Shown here: one piece after another, positions 42,496 through 52,698 of the stretch | Layout: every line of letters begins with the position of its first letter | Position numbering within the stretch: the first letter of the stretch is position 1 | Origin: an uncultured Gemmatimonadales bacterium | GTDB taxonomy: Bacteria > Gemmatimonadota > Gemmatimonadetes > Gemmatimonadales > GWC2-71-9 | Direction: 5' to 3' | NCBI GenBank assembly: GCA_963821525.1 | Contig: CAWGED010000005.1 | Span: forward strand, 800,001 to 864,000 | DNA length: 64,000 nucleotides | Made by a program: the position numbers and the translations under genes | Notes under the pieces: generated by a model | Told to the model about the DNA's origin: nothing | Databases searched by the model: none | Seen by the model: the letters and a program-made list of their open reading frames with translations, nothing else

Positions 42496-42926
42496 GCGGG
42501 ACGGTCGGTCAGATCTTCGACGTCTTCCGGCACGTCGTCTTCCCCGTGGACCAGGATGCAATCCACCACCCGTTCGATCCCCGTCAGGGCGTGGACCACG
42601 CGAATGGCCCGCGCGCGGAGGTTGCGACTGGGGACCCAGCCGTGGATCTCGACGACACCGGCGCTGACTCCCACGGCCTCCAAGGCGAGGTCGTGGAGCT
42701 GGTCGTCGCTCCTGAGGGCAGCCCGGGCCAGGCTGGCCGTCGCGGGGGGGCCTTCCCGGCGCGCGACCAGCTTCCCCCGCGGCACGGAGCCCCAGCGGCG
42801 GGGAATCGGAAGCTTGCGGGACCCCAGCAACTCGCCCAGCACGAAGCCGGTGACGAGGCCAAGTCCGGCCCCCACCAGGCTCCAGGCGAACAATTCGCTG
42901 CCGGAAGGTCGTCTGCTGATGCCCAT
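42492..42926 (-). CDS. BON-domain protein with N-terminal TM segment
   Basis: GVVEIHGWVPS...LTGIERVVDCI. Confidence 0.7.
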   Translation of the reverse strand: MGISRRPSGSELFAWSLVGAGLGLVTGFVLGELLGSRKLPIPRRWGSVPRGKLVARREGPPATASLARAALRSDDQLHDLALEAVGVSAGVVEIHGWVPSRNLRARAIRVVHALTGIERVVDCILVHGEDDVPEDVEDLTDRPA

Positions 42927-42972
42927 TCCTCTGCTCTTACCTGACGGTTTGACGAGCGGTTAACTTAACACG

Positions 42973-43125
42973 ATGAAAGACGAAAATGCCCCAATGACAG
43001 GTGCTGAAATCATGCGCTGGTCGGTCCTTGCCGCCCTGCTGATCGGTTGCATCGCCCTGTACTTCCGTTATGCGCCCACGACCCCTCCGGTCATCCATCC
43101 GGCGGTGGCGGACACGACTCAATGA
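42973..43125 (+). CDS. Small membrane protein, 50 aa (MKDENAPMTGAEIMRWSVLAALLIGCIALYFRYAP...)
   Basis: One TM helix; its TGA overlaps the thrS ATG (ATGA). Not in the ORF track. Confidence 0.55.
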   Translation: MKDENAPMTGAEIMRWSVLAALLIGCIALYFRYAPTTPPVIHPAVADTTQ

Positions 43126-45044
43126 GCACGATCCGGCTGACCCTCCCCGACGGCAGCGTGCGAGAGGTGCCGGCGGGAACCACGGCACGCGCGGTGGCCC
43201 AGTCCATCGGCGCGGGGCTGGCTCGCGCCGCGGTGGCGGCGAGGGTGGACGGGCAAGTCCGCGACCTGGACCGCCCGATCGAGGCCGACGCCAACTTCGC
43301 GATCCTGACCGATAAGGACCCGGCTGCGCTGGACGTCCTCCGTCACTCGGCGGCCCATATCATGGCGACCGCGGTACGCGAGCTCTTCCCCAAGGCCGGG
43401 ATCGGGTTCGGTCCGCCGATCGAGAACGGGTTCTACTACGACTTCGATGTCGAGCGTCCCTTCACTCCGGAGGACCTGGAGGCCATCGAGGCCAGGATGG
43501 GCGAGGTGACCGCGAAGGACTATCCGTTCGTGCGGGAGGTGGTGGACCGCGCGGAAGCCAAGCGTCGCTTCAAGGACGATCCCCTCAAGCTCGAGCGCAT
43601 TGACGATCTGGGCGCCGACGAGGTCATCACGGTCTACACCGACGGTCCCTTCGTGGACCTGTGCCGCGGGCCTCATCTCCCCAGCACAGGAAGGCTCAAG
43701 AACTTCAAGCTGCTCCACGGCGCCGGCGCCTACTGGCGGGGAGATGAACGCCGCCAGATGCTGCAGCGGATTTATGGGACGGCCTGGTTCAAGAAGGAAG
43801 ACCAGGACGCCTATCTGCACCAGCTCGAAGAGGCCAGGAAGCGGGACCACCGCAAGCTGGGCAAGGAACTGGACCTCTTCATGTTCCATCCGTTCGCGCC
43901 GGGTGCCGTGTTCTGGACCGACCGCGGAACCACGATCGTGAACGTGCTGAACGACTACCTGCGCGAGCTGCAGCGAGACGACTATAAGGAGATCAAGACT
44001 CCGCTCCTGTATAACAAGGGGCTCTGGGAGATCTCCGGCCACTGGGGCAAGTATCGGGAGAACATGTTCCTGGTTCTCGACAAGGAGACCGGGGAACACG
44101 ATTTCTCGCTCAAGCCGATGAATTGCCCTTCGCACTACCTGTTGTATCAGTCGAAGAAGCATTCCTATCGCGAGTTGCCCCTCCGGTATTGCACCTATGA
44201 CGTGCTGCACCGAAATGAAGTCTCTGGCGCGCTCTCCGGACTGACCAGGGTTCGGCAGTTCCAGCAGGACGACTGCCACGTCTTCCTGACTGAGCAGCAG
44301 ATTGCCGAGGAGGTTCGCCGGCTCACCGATTTCATCCTGAGCTACTACAAGACCTTCGGGCTCACCGCGACGCTCAAGTTCGCCACTCGGCCCAAGGAGC
44401 GGATCGGCGAGGATTCGCTGTGGGATCGCGCCGAGGCGGCGCTCCAGGCCGCCCTCGAGGCGACCGGGCAGCCCTACGAGCTCAAGCCGGGAGACGGCGC
44501 CTTCTACGGCCCCAAGGTCGACTTCGACGTTGCCGACTCGATTGGCCGGACCTGGCAGCTGGGAACGATCCAGCTCGACTACGCCGCTCCCGAGCGCTTC
44601 GGGCTGATCTACGTCGGGGAGGACAATCACGAGCACCGGCCGGTGGTCATCCATCGGGCGGTGAGCGGCTCCTTCGAGCGCTTCATGGCGATCCTGATCG
44701 AGCACTTCGCCGGCGCGTTCCCGCTATGGCTCGCACCCGAGCAGGTCCGCGTGCTGCCGATCTCGGATGCCCAGGGTGACGCCGCGAGGAAAGTCTTCCA
44801 GCGATTCCGTGAGGCGGGTATACGGGCCGGTCTCGATGACGGCAACCAGACCCTCAACTACCGGATCCGTCAGGGTGAAGTCGAGAAGATTCCTTATATG
44901 GCGGTCGTCGGGCAGCGGGAGGCGGATGCGGGCACGGTCGCGGTGCGGGTACGTGGGGCAGGGAACAAGCAGGAGATCGTGCCGGTCGAGGAGTTCCTCG
45001 CGCGAGTCAGCGGGGAGATACGGAGGTGGGCGTTGGTTCCGTGA
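43122..45044 (+). CDS. thrS: Threonine--tRNA ligase
   Basis: TGS domain, RHSAAH, DLCRGPH, KPMNCP, GLTRVRQF and GSFERF. Confidence 0.97.
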   Translation: MSTIRLTLPDGSVREVPAGTTARAVAQSIGAGLARAAVAARVDGQVRDLDRPIEADANFAILTDKDPAALDVLRHSAAHIMATAVRELFPKAGIGFGPPIENGFYYDFDVERPFTPEDLEAIEARMGEVTAKDYPFVREVVDRAEAKRRFKDDPLKLERIDDLGADEVITVYTDGPFVDLCRGPHLPSTGRLKNFKLLHGAGAYWRGDERRQMLQRIYGTAWFKKEDQDAYLHQLEEARKRDHRKLGKELDLFMFHPFAPGAVFWTDRGTTIVNVLNDYLRELQRDDYKEIKTPLLYNKGLWEISGHWGKYRENMFLVLDKETGEHDFSLKPMNCPSHYLLYQSKKHSYRELPLRYCTYDVLHRNEVSGALSGLTRVRQFQQDDCHVFLTEQQIAEEVRRLTDFILSYYKTFGLTATLKFATRPKERIGEDSLWDRAEAALQAALEATGQPYELKPGDGAFYGPKVDFDVADSIGRTWQLGTIQLDYAAPERFGLIYVGEDNHEHRPVVIHRAVSGSFERFMAILIEHFAGAFPLWLAPEQVRVLPISDAQGDAARKVFQRFREAGIRAGLDDGNQTLNYRIRQGEVEKIPYMAVVGQREADAGTVAVRVRGAGNKQEIVPVEEFLARVSGEIRRWALVP

Positions 45045-45056
45045 AACCTCACCCCA

Positions 45057-45469
45057 GTGCTGTCATTCCGAGCGAAGCGAGGAATCCAAATCCCTCCGTT
45101 CCAAAAACCACTCCTCCGCAAGATCAGTCCATCCAGGGTTTACGCTCTGAATCAGCGTAATCTTCTTGCTCCGTCTCCACGCTTTGAGCTGTTTCTCCCG
45201 AGCGATCGCGGCTCTGGCATTGGGGGTGGTTTCGAAGTAAACCAGCTTGGTGATTTTGTAGCGGCTTGTGAAGCCGTCCCAGTGCAGGCTCCGATGCTGA
45301 GCCAGGCGTCGCATCAGGTTACTGGTAACACCCAGGTAGAGGGTACGATGGCTGTTGCTGAGGAGATAGACATAGAACGTCTTCACTCGGCCTCCTGAGG
45401 CCGTAGTAGGCCTCGGTCACGCCTACGCGGGTCGGTCTGGATTCCTCGCTCGCTCGGCATCGTCAGCGC
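45057..45469. mobile_element. GIY-YIG cassette bounded by about 29-bp imperfect inverted REP-like repeats
   Basis: Left ctgtcattccgagcgaagcgaggaatcca (45060-45088); right tggattcctcgctcgctcggcatcgtcag (45438-45466). Confidence 0.65.
45063..45386 (-). CDS. Small stand-alone GIY-YIG nuclease
   Basis: FYVYLL...TLYLGVTSNLMRRLAQH, FTSRY..KLVYFE, AIAREKQLKAWRRSKK and NPGW.DL; GGAGG RBS. Confidence 0.92.
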   Translation of the reverse strand: MKTFYVYLLSNSHRTLYLGVTSNLMRRLAQHRSLHWDGFTSRYKITKLVYFETTPNARAAIAREKQLKAWRRSKKITLIQSVNPGWTDLAEEWFLERRDLDSSLRSE

Positions 45470-45470
45470 C

Positions 45471-45521
45471 TTGTCCGCCTCGTCCGCCCTGACCGCCTTC
45501 CCGCCCTCCCGCCCTACCGTC
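45471..45521. repeat. 8/9-mer CCGCC-core tandem array
   Basis: ttgtccgcctcgtccgccctgaccgccttcccgccctcccgccctaccgtc. Confidence 0.7.
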
Positions 45522-45553
45522 TATTTTCCCCCCGACCCAAACAGCCGCGCCCC

Positions 45554-46741
45554 GTGTCCGACGCCACTACGCCCGTCATCCTCTCCGCCGTCCGCACCCC
45601 CATCGGACGGTTTCTCGGTGGCCTTTCCACCCTCACCGCGCCCCAGCTCGGTGCCTTGGTCGTTAGGGAAGCCGTGCGTCGAGCCGGGGTTGAGCCCGGT
45701 GCGGTGGACGAGGTCATCCTTGGCCAGGTTGTACAGGGAGGCTCCGGGCAGGCACCAGCCCGCCAGGCCCTGATTCACGGCGGGATTCCCGGTACCGTCC
45801 CGGCGATGACCATCAACAAGGTTTGTGGCTCCGGGCTCAAGGCCGTGATGCTGGCCGCCCAGGCCATCAAGGCCGGCGATGCCGAGGCCATCGTGGCGGG
45901 CGGGCAGGAATCCATGTCCACCGCACCGCACTACCTCTATGGCATGCGAACCGGGATCAAGGCGGGGAACCAGACCATCGTCGACGGAATGATCCACGAC
46001 GGTCTGTGGGATTCGTTTGGTCAGAACCACATGGGCGAGTACGCCGAGTACACCGCGGAGAAGGCGAAGGTGACCCGGCAGGAGCAGGACGAATTCGCCC
46101 TGAACAGTCATCGCAAGGCGGTAGCCGCGCAGGAGTCCTGCAAGTTTTCATCGGAGATTCTCCCGGTTGAAATTCCGGGCAAGGGAGGAGTGACGCGGGT
46201 GACCGCTGACGAGTCGCCGCGGAAAGACACGACGCTCGAAGCACTCGGCAAGCTCAGACCTTCATTCCGGAAGGATGGCACCGTGACTGCCGGGAACGCG
46301 CCGGGACTGAATGACGGTGCCAGTGCGCTGGTCGTCACCTCACTCGCATTCGCCAAGGCTCACGGTCTTCAGCCGATGGCGCGCATTATTCAGTACGCGA
46401 CCGGTGGCGGAGAGCCGAAGGATCTGTTCTTCGCTCCCATCGTCGCGGTGAAGAATCTCCTGGCCAAGTCGGGAACCAGGATCAACGACTACGACTTGAT
46501 CGAAGCCAACGAAGCATTCGCCGTGCAGGCCATCGCCGACGGGCGGGCACTGGGCTGGGATTGGGATCGGGTCAACGTGAACGGCGGGGCGGTGGCGCTC
46601 GGTCACCCGATCGGCGCGAGCGGCGCCAGGGTTTTGACCACTCTCCTGTATGCAATGAAGGATCGCGACAAGACAACCGGTCTTGCCACTCTCTGCTTGG
46701 GTGGCGGGAATGCGGTGGCACTCAGCGTGGAGCGGATCTAA
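45554..46741 (+). CDS. Acetyl-CoA C-acetyltransferase (thiolase)
   Basis: NKVCGSG, NEAFA, GHPIGASG and CLGGG. Confidence 0.95.
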   Translation: MSDATTPVILSAVRTPIGRFLGGLSTLTAPQLGALVVREAVRRAGVEPGAVDEVILGQVVQGGSGQAPARQALIHGGIPGTVPAMTINKVCGSGLKAVMLAAQAIKAGDAEAIVAGGQESMSTAPHYLYGMRTGIKAGNQTIVDGMIHDGLWDSFGQNHMGEYAEYTAEKAKVTRQEQDEFALNSHRKAVAAQESCKFSSEILPVEIPGKGGVTRVTADESPRKDTTLEALGKLRPSFRKDGTVTAGNAPGLNDGASALVVTSLAFAKAHGLQPMARIIQYATGGGEPKDLFFAPIVAVKNLLAKSGTRINDYDLIEANEAFAVQAIADGRALGWDWDRVNVNGGAVALGHPIGASGARVLTTLLYAMKDRDKTTGLATLCLGGGNAVALSVERI

Positions 46742-47308
46742 ATGACCTCAGGCAATCCCACGGCGGCCAGATCCATGAGCCTTCCCAGGGCCTTTCGCTG
46801 GCCCATCACCTTGGTCCTCGGCGCCGTAGCCGTGGCCGTCTCGGCTCAATTCTCGGTTCCGCTGCCCTTCACGCCGGTGCCGATGACGCTTCAGGGGCTC
46901 GCGGTGATCCTGGTGGGTGGGCTCACCGGATCTGCAGCCGCCGCCGGTGCCATGCTGCTCTATCTCACGGCCGGGGCATTCGGGGCCCCGGTCTTCGCCA
47001 ACGGATCCGGAGGGCTGCACCATCTGCTGGGGCCCACCGGTGGCTACCTCCTCGCTTTCCCGCTCGCTGCGTGGATCGTGGGCTGGGTTGGGCAGCGGCG
47101 GAATCTCGGACTCTGCCTCCTCGCGGCATTGCTGGGGATGGTCGCCATTCACGCCGGTGGGCTGGCGCAGCTCGCACTACTCACCGGATCGATCAAGACG
47201 GCCGCCGCCGCGGGCACCGCGCCCTTCCTCCTGGTTGACTCACTGAAGGTGGTTCTGGCTGGATTGCTGCTCTGGCGGGCGCACCACTCACTACGCCCGC
47301 GGGCGTGA
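46742..47308 (+). CDS. bioY: Biotin transporter BioY
   Basis: PFTPVPMTLQ and GPTGGYL. Confidence 0.9.
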   Translation: MTSGNPTAARSMSLPRAFRWPITLVLGAVAVAVSAQFSVPLPFTPVPMTLQGLAVILVGGLTGSAAAAGAMLLYLTAGAFGAPVFANGSGGLHHLLGPTGGYLLAFPLAAWIVGWVGQRRNLGLCLLAALLGMVAIHAGGLAQLALLTGSIKTAAAAGTAPFLLVDSLKVVLAGLLLWRAHHSLRPRA

Positions 47309-48186
47309 CCGAGCCGCTTCCAGAATCTCGCCCACCCTCGCGCCTCAGGGTCGCAGGGTGGGCAGTTCTTTTCTTGACGTTGGGCACCGCCTGCGCCCTG
47401 GTCTTGAGCGCGCTGGTTGGAATGGCTGCCCCCCTGCTGACCTCGGGCGCCCCCATCGACCCCGAAGCGCCGCGCTGGCTGGTGATCCAGACTGCCATCA
47501 TCATCCTGTCATTCGGATTTGCCACATGGGTGATCGGTCGCAAGGCGGCCAAGCTCACCTGGGAAGACCTGCGCTGGAAGCCGCTCGAGAATGCCGGCAA
47601 AGGCTGGGGTACAGGACTTCTGCTGGGCGTGGCTGCGGCTGCTGTGGCTGTCCTCCTCTCGTTGCCGCTCGGCGGCGCGCGATTCCTCCCGGATCAAGGC
47701 TCGCTGGCCGACTACCTTCGCCAGGCCACGCTAACCACACTCATCCTGGCTCCTGCCGCGCTGGGGGAGGAGATCGCCTTTCGCGGGGTGGCACAGGTGC
47801 TCCTGGCGAGAGTCATGGGGCGCTGGAGAGCCATCATCCTGCTCTCGGTGCTGTTCGGACTTGTCCACCTGTTCAATCCCAATCCCACTCCGCTGGCTAT
47901 CGCCAACATCACCCTGGCCGGCATCTTCCTGGGCGCGGCGTTCTACTTGCCCGGCGGGATCTGGACCGCGTGGGGCGCCCACCTGGGGTGGAACGCGACG
48001 CTGGCGCTGATGGATGCGCCGGTCAGTGGTCTTCCATTTACCATCCCGCTGATCAACTATGATCCCGGCGGACCGCGGTGGCTCACCGGCGGTAGCTTCG
48101 GCCCGGAGGGCGGAGCTCTCGGCTCCTTCGCGATCATTCTCGGTATCGCCACGGTATGGCGGCTGACCCGGAAGGAGAGCGCTTGA
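47305..48186 (+). CDS. CPBP (Abi/CAAX) intramembrane metalloprotease
   Basis: EEIAFRG, FGLVH, HLGWN and GGSFGPEG. Confidence 0.9.
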   Translation: MTEPLPESRPPSRLRVAGWAVLFLTLGTACALVLSALVGMAAPLLTSGAPIDPEAPRWLVIQTAIIILSFGFATWVIGRKAAKLTWEDLRWKPLENAGKGWGTGLLLGVAAAAVAVLLSLPLGGARFLPDQGSLADYLRQATLTTLILAPAALGEEIAFRGVAQVLLARVMGRWRAIILLSVLFGLVHLFNPNPTPLAIANITLAGIFLGAAFYLPGGIWTAWGAHLGWNATLALMDAPVSGLPFTIPLINYDPGGPRWLTGGSFGPEGGALGSFAIILGIATVWRLTRKESA

Positions 48187-49025
48187 TGCGTGTGGCAGTG
48201 ATCGGTGCTGGAACGATGGGGAACGGAATCGCCCAGGTGTTTGCGCAACAGGGGCACGCGGTGCGGTTGATCGATGTGTCGGCCGAGGCCCTGAACAAGG
48301 GATTGGAGACCATTCGCGGCAGTCTGGCTCGGCTGGTGAAGAAAGAGACGATCAAGGCGGACGAGGCGGACAAGGCAGTTGCCCGGATCAAGGTCGGTTC
48401 GGGGCTCGAGGACGCGGCAGACGCAGAGCTCGTGGTCGAGGCGGCGTCGGAGAACCCCTCGCTCAAGTTCGCACTGTTCGATCAGCTCGATCAGGTGACC
48501 GCGGCGTCCACGATCCTGGCCACCAACACCAGCTCGATCTCGATCACTGAAATCGCGTCCCATACGAGGCGCGCCGACAAGATCATCGGGATGCATTTCA
48601 TGAACCCGGTGCCGGTGATGCAGCTGGTGGAAGTGATCCGCGGCCAGCTGACCAGCGATGCGACCACGACCCAGGTCATGGAGCTGGCGAAGGCTTTGGG
48701 GAAGACACCGGTCGAGGTGAACGACTACCCGGGCTTCGTCTCCAACCGGGTGCTGATGCCGATGATCAACGAGGCGGTCTTCTGCGTGATGGAGGGCGTC
48801 GCCACCCCGGAAGCGATTGACACGGTGATGAAGTTGGGAATGGCTCATCCGATGGGCCCCCTGGCGCTGGCCGACCTGATTGGCCTCGACACCTGCCTCG
48901 CGATCCTGGAGGTGCTGCACAAGGGACTGGGAGACGACAAATATCGTCCTTGCCCCTTGCTGCGCCGGATGGTGGCGGCGGGGACGCTGGGGAGGAAGAC
49001 GGGTCGGGGATTCTACAAGTATTGA
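48186..49025 (+). CDS. hbd: 3-hydroxybutyryl-CoA dehydrogenase
   Basis: [21 protein letters not shown] and HPMGPL. Confidence 0.93.
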   Translation: MRVAVIGAGTMGNGIAQVFAQQGHAVRLIDVSAEALNKGLETIRGSLARLVKKETIKADEADKAVARIKVGSGLEDAADAELVVEAASENPSLKFALFDQLDQVTAASTILATNTSSISITEIASHTRRADKIIGMHFMNPVPVMQLVEVIRGQLTSDATTTQVMELAKALGKTPVEVNDYPGFVSNRVLMPMINEAVFCVMEGVATPEAIDTVMKLGMAHPMGPLALADLIGLDTCLAILEVLHKGLGDDKYRPCPLLRRMVAAGTLGRKTGRGFYKY

Positions 49026-49101
49026 TGATTGCAGATTGCTGATTGCTGATTTGCAACTGACCTGCAGTTCAATCAGCAATCAACAATCGGCAATCAGCAA
49101 T
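49026..49101. repeat. Inverted heptamer arrays (GATTGCT)n/(AGCAATC)n
   Basis: gattgcagattgctgattgctgatt ... aatcagcaatcaacaatcggcaatcagcaat. Confidence 0.85.
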
Positions 49102-49119
49102 TGTCTCCGCGGAGCACCC

Positions 49120-50232
49120 ATGGACGCCTTCAAAAGCATGGCCGCCTACGCCCACGAGCAACTCGTGCTCTGCCACGAGCCTTCGTGCGGCTACTTCGGC
49201 ATCATCGCCATACATGACACGACGCTGGGGCCGGCCTTGGGCGGGACGCGGTTCTGGCAGTACGCCTCGACCGACGATGCGATCACCGACGCGCTGCGGC
49301 TGGCGCGCGGGATGAGCTACAAGTCGGCGGTCGCCGGGCTCAACCTGGGCGGGGGCAAGTCGGTGATCGTGGGCGACAACAAGCGGAAGGACCGGGAGGC
49401 GCTCTTCCGGGCCCACGGCCGCTTCATCGAAACGCTGAAGGGTCGCTATATCACCGCTGAGGACGTGGGCACCAGCCCGGCCGACATGGAATTCGTCCGG
49501 ATGGAGACGGAGAGCGTCGCCGGGCTGCACGGCCGGTCGGGCGATCCCTCGCCGGTCACCGCCTACGGGGTCTACGTCGGAATGAAGGCCAGCGCCAAGC
49601 ATCGCTGGGGTAGCGACTCACTAAGCGGCAAGCGAGTTCTGGTCCAGGGGTGCGGCAATGTGGCCCGGTCTCTCTGTGATCATCTGCACGAGGAAGGTGC
49701 CAAGCTGGTGGTCACCGATATCGACGGCGACAAGGTGAAGCAGGTGGTCAAGACGACCGGCGCGGAGGCGGTAGCGCCCGATGCAATCTACGATGTGAAG
49801 GCGGACATCTATTCTCCCAACGCGCTGGGTGCGACGATCAACGACGAAACGCTGAAACGGCTCAAGGTCGAGGTCATCGCCGGCGGTGCCAACAACCAGC
49901 TGGCCGAGGAACGGCACGGAGACGAGGTCGAGCGTCGCGGCATGCTCTACGCCCCGGACTACGTGATCAACGGTGGAGGCGTCATCAACGTCTACGGCGA
50001 GTTGATGGGCTGGGACCACGATCGCGCCAAGCGCAAGGCTGCCGCGATCTACGACACGATGCTCAACCTGTTCGCCATCTCGGCGGCGCAGAAAATTCCC
50101 ACCTACCGGGCCGCCGATCATCTGGCCGAGGCGAGGATCGACGCGGTGCGGGCGGTTGCGTGGGATCAGGGTGTGAGGCGTCCCTTGCGCTTAGCTGGCC
50201 TTTCCCGACCACTGTATCTTTATTCACAATGA
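49120..50232 (+). CDS. Leu/Phe/Val dehydrogenase (3' end possibly frameshifted; true stop may be near 50177)
   Basis: [38 protein letters not shown] and GGANNQL. Confidence 0.92.
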   Translation: MDAFKSMAAYAHEQLVLCHEPSCGYFGIIAIHDTTLGPALGGTRFWQYASTDDAITDALRLARGMSYKSAVAGLNLGGGKSVIVGDNKRKDREALFRAHGRFIETLKGRYITAEDVGTSPADMEFVRMETESVAGLHGRSGDPSPVTAYGVYVGMKASAKHRWGSDSLSGKRVLVQGCGNVARSLCDHLHEEGAKLVVTDIDGDKVKQVVKTTGAEAVAPDAIYDVKADIYSPNALGATINDETLKRLKVEVIAGGANNQLAEERHGDEVERRGMLYAPDYVINGGGVINVYGELMGWDHDRAKRKAAAIYDTMLNLFAISAAQKIPTYRAADHLAEARIDAVRAVAWDQGVRRPLRLAGLSRPLYLYSQ

Positions 50233-50663
50233 CCGAGACCATCCCCATCGCGGCCGATCACGCCGGGTTTGAGCTCAAGGAAAAGTTGAAGCTGGAGCTG
50301 GAGAAGGCCGGTTACCGGCCGCTGGATCTCGGAACCCATTCTACCGAGTCCACCGACTATCCGGACTATGCCCACGCGCTGGCCCAACGGGTGGAAAGCG
50401 GAGAGCTGAAGCGGGGCATCCTCCTCTGCGGCACCGGACTCGGCATGGCGGCGGCGGCGAACCGCCACGCCCACGTGCGCGCCGCGGTGGCCTGGACCCC
50501 GGAAGTGGCTCGGCTTTCTCGCGCCCATAACGACGCCAACGTCCTGGTGTTGCCGGCGCGGCTCATATCGGAGCAGGAAGGCCGGGAAATCCTGCGCACC
50601 TGGCTCGACACCGCGTTCGAAGGCGGCCGGCACGGCCGTCGTGTCGAGAAGATCGAACCCTGA
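50229..50663 (+). CDS. rpiB: Ribose-5-phosphate isomerase B
   Basis: ADHAG, DYPD, CGTGLG, HNDANVL and FEGGRH. Confidence 0.95.
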   Translation: MTETIPIAADHAGFELKEKLKLELEKAGYRPLDLGTHSTESTDYPDYAHALAQRVESGELKRGILLCGTGLGMAAAANRHAHVRAAVAWTPEVARLSRAHNDANVLVLPARLISEQEGREILRTWLDTAFEGGRHGRRVEKIEP

Positions 50664-50674
50664 AGGGAGACCGC

Positions 50675-51934
50675 ATGTCGCTGGACCACGACGCTTCACT
50701 GCGTGCCGCCGATCCCGAAGTCGCCGGGCTGATCGACCGGGAGCTCCACCGCCAGCAGCATGGCCTCGAGTTGATCGCCAGCGAGAACTTCGCCAGCCGT
50801 GCGGTGATCGACGCGATGGGCACTCCCCTCACCAACAAGTACGCCGAGGGGTATCCGGGCCGGCGCTACTACGGCGGGTGCGAGGAGATCGATAAGGTCG
50901 AGCAGCTGGCGATCGACCGGCTGAAACAGTTGTTCGGCTCCGATCATGCCAACGTCCAGCCCCATTCAGGAGCGCAAGCCAACTTCGCCGCGTTCATGGC
51001 GCTGGTGAAGCCGGGTGAGACGATCATGGGAATGTCCCTGCCACATGGCGGGCATCTCTCCCACGGGGCCGCGGTGAATCACAGCGGTGTCATCTGGCAT
51101 GCGGTGCATTACGGGGTGGATCCCGCTACCGGTCGCATAGATCACGACCTGGTCCGGGACCAGGCCAGGCGGGAGCGGCCCAAGCTCATCATCGCGGGCG
51201 GCAGCGCCTACGCCCGAATCATCGACTTCGCGGCGTTCCGGTCGATCGCCGATGAGGTGGGGGCCATCTTCCTGGTGGACATGGCGCACTTCGCCGGGCT
51301 CGTGGCGGGCGGAGTGTATCCCTCGCCCGTGCCTCACTCGCCGGTCGTCACCAGTACGACCCACAAGACGCTGCGCGGTCCCCGGGCCGGTCTCATCCTC
51401 TGCGCCGCCGAGTACGCGAAGGCGATCGACAAGTCGGTCTTCCCCGGAACCCAGGGCGGGCCGCTCGAGCACATCATCGCGGCCAAGGCGGTGGCCTTCG
51501 GCGAAGCGTTGACGCCGGACTTTGCGCGATATGCCAAACAGGTGGTGGCCAATGCGCAGACGCTGGCCGAGGAATTGATCGCCCGCGGATTCGCGATCGT
51601 CTCGGGAGGAACCGATACTCATCTCATGCTGGTGGATCTGCGGCCGAAGAACCTCACCGGGAAGGATGCGGAGAAGATTCTCGATCGCGCCGGCATCACG
51701 GTCAACAAGAACACCATCCCCAACGATCCCCAGTCGCCCTTCGTCACCAGCGGCATTCGCCTGGGGACGCCGGCGCTCACCACCCGGGGCATGGGCAGGG
51801 GCGAAATGCGGAAGGTCGCGGAGCTGATCGACAAGGTCCTCACCAGCCCGGATGATGTCACGGTGGCCCGCGTGCGCCGGGAAGTCGGGGAACTGACCTC
51901 CGACTTCCCGCTCTACAAGAGCCGGCGTGCTTGA
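50675..51934 (+). CDS. glyA: Serine hydroxymethyltransferase
   Basis: [19 protein letters not shown] and [10 protein letters not shown]. Confidence 0.97.
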   Translation: MSLDHDASLRAADPEVAGLIDRELHRQQHGLELIASENFASRAVIDAMGTPLTNKYAEGYPGRRYYGGCEEIDKVEQLAIDRLKQLFGSDHANVQPHSGAQANFAAFMALVKPGETIMGMSLPHGGHLSHGAAVNHSGVIWHAVHYGVDPATGRIDHDLVRDQARRERPKLIIAGGSAYARIIDFAAFRSIADEVGAIFLVDMAHFAGLVAGGVYPSPVPHSPVVTSTTHKTLRGPRAGLILCAAEYAKAIDKSVFPGTQGGPLEHIIAAKAVAFGEALTPDFARYAKQVVANAQTLAEELIARGFAIVSGGTDTHLMLVDLRPKNLTGKDAEKILDRAGITVNKNTIPNDPQSPFVTSGIRLGTPALTTRGMGRGEMRKVAELIDKVLTSPDDVTVARVRREVGELTSDFPLYKSRRA

Positions 51935-51992
51935 CCCCCTCTGGCCCGGAACCTAGCTTGCGACCCATGCGGCGCCACCGACGCGTTCACCT

Positions 51993-52379
51993 ATGAACGG
52001 CCTCCAGTTCGCGGATGAAGTCTTCGAACGCATCCGCCAACACGAGGGCAGGTACGACGAGAGGGCGTACCTGTTTGTCCTTGCTGCCCTCGAATTCCTG
52101 CAATCGAAACTACCCGAGCGCCGGCACGTGACCGGCGCCGAACTGGCGTGGGCCTGCCGCGATTTCGCGGTGCGACAGTACGGACTCCTCGCGTTCGAGG
52201 TCCTCAACTACTGGGGTGTCCGGCGCACCGAAGACATCGGCCGCATTGTCTTCGTGCTGGTCCAGACCAAAGTGCTTTCGGCGGAGCCGACGGATCGCGA
52301 GCAGGACTTTGCGGGGGTGTATGACTTCGCCGCGGCGTTCGGTGAGCCCTATCGGTGGGACGGCGTAGCGCGGCTCTAG
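51993..52379 (+). CDS. Conserved hypothetical protein (Minf_1886-like)
   Basis: AYLFVL.AL, RHVTGAEL, WGVRRTEDIGRIVF and DFAGVYDF. Confidence 0.75.
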   Translation: MNGLQFADEVFERIRQHEGRYDERAYLFVLAALEFLQSKLPERRHVTGAELAWACRDFAVRQYGLLAFEVLNYWGVRRTEDIGRIVFVLVQTKVLSAEPTDREQDFAGVYDFAAAFGEPYRWDGVARL

Positions 52380-52410
52380 CACGGCCCGCCAGAGGGGAGC
52401 AGGGGGCACC

Positions 52411-52605
52411 ATGGAGGCGAGAGACTGGCCGGCGTGTAAGAAGTGCTCGCAGGGCGTGCTGATTCCACTCTCCGACTACGGGCGGGACGGAGCGCCGATC
52501 ACCTACAAGGCCTGGGTCTGCAGCAATCCCGAGTGCGGGTTCAATCTCCGGATCGACAACGGCGAGATCTCGATTGGCAGGACGATTGGGCCCAGCTATA
52601 AGTGA
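52411..52605 (+). CDS. Small Zn-ribbon protein
   Basis: CKKC and CSNPEC pairs; RBS present. Confidence 0.7.
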   Translation: MEARDWPACKKCSQGVLIPLSDYGRDGAPITYKAWVCSNPECGFNLRIDNGEISIGRTIGPSYK

Positions 52606-52698
52606 GCGGTGAGCTGTAAGCGGTTAGCGGAGAACGGGACGCTGCACTGACTCCGTCACACCGCTCACTGCTCACCGCTCACCGCTCACCCGCTCACC
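52602..52698. repeat. Inverted heptamer arrays (GTGAGCG)n/(CGCTCAC)n
   Basis: gtgagcggtgagctgtaagcggttagcgg ... ccgctcactgctcaccgctcaccgctcac. Confidence 0.85.
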
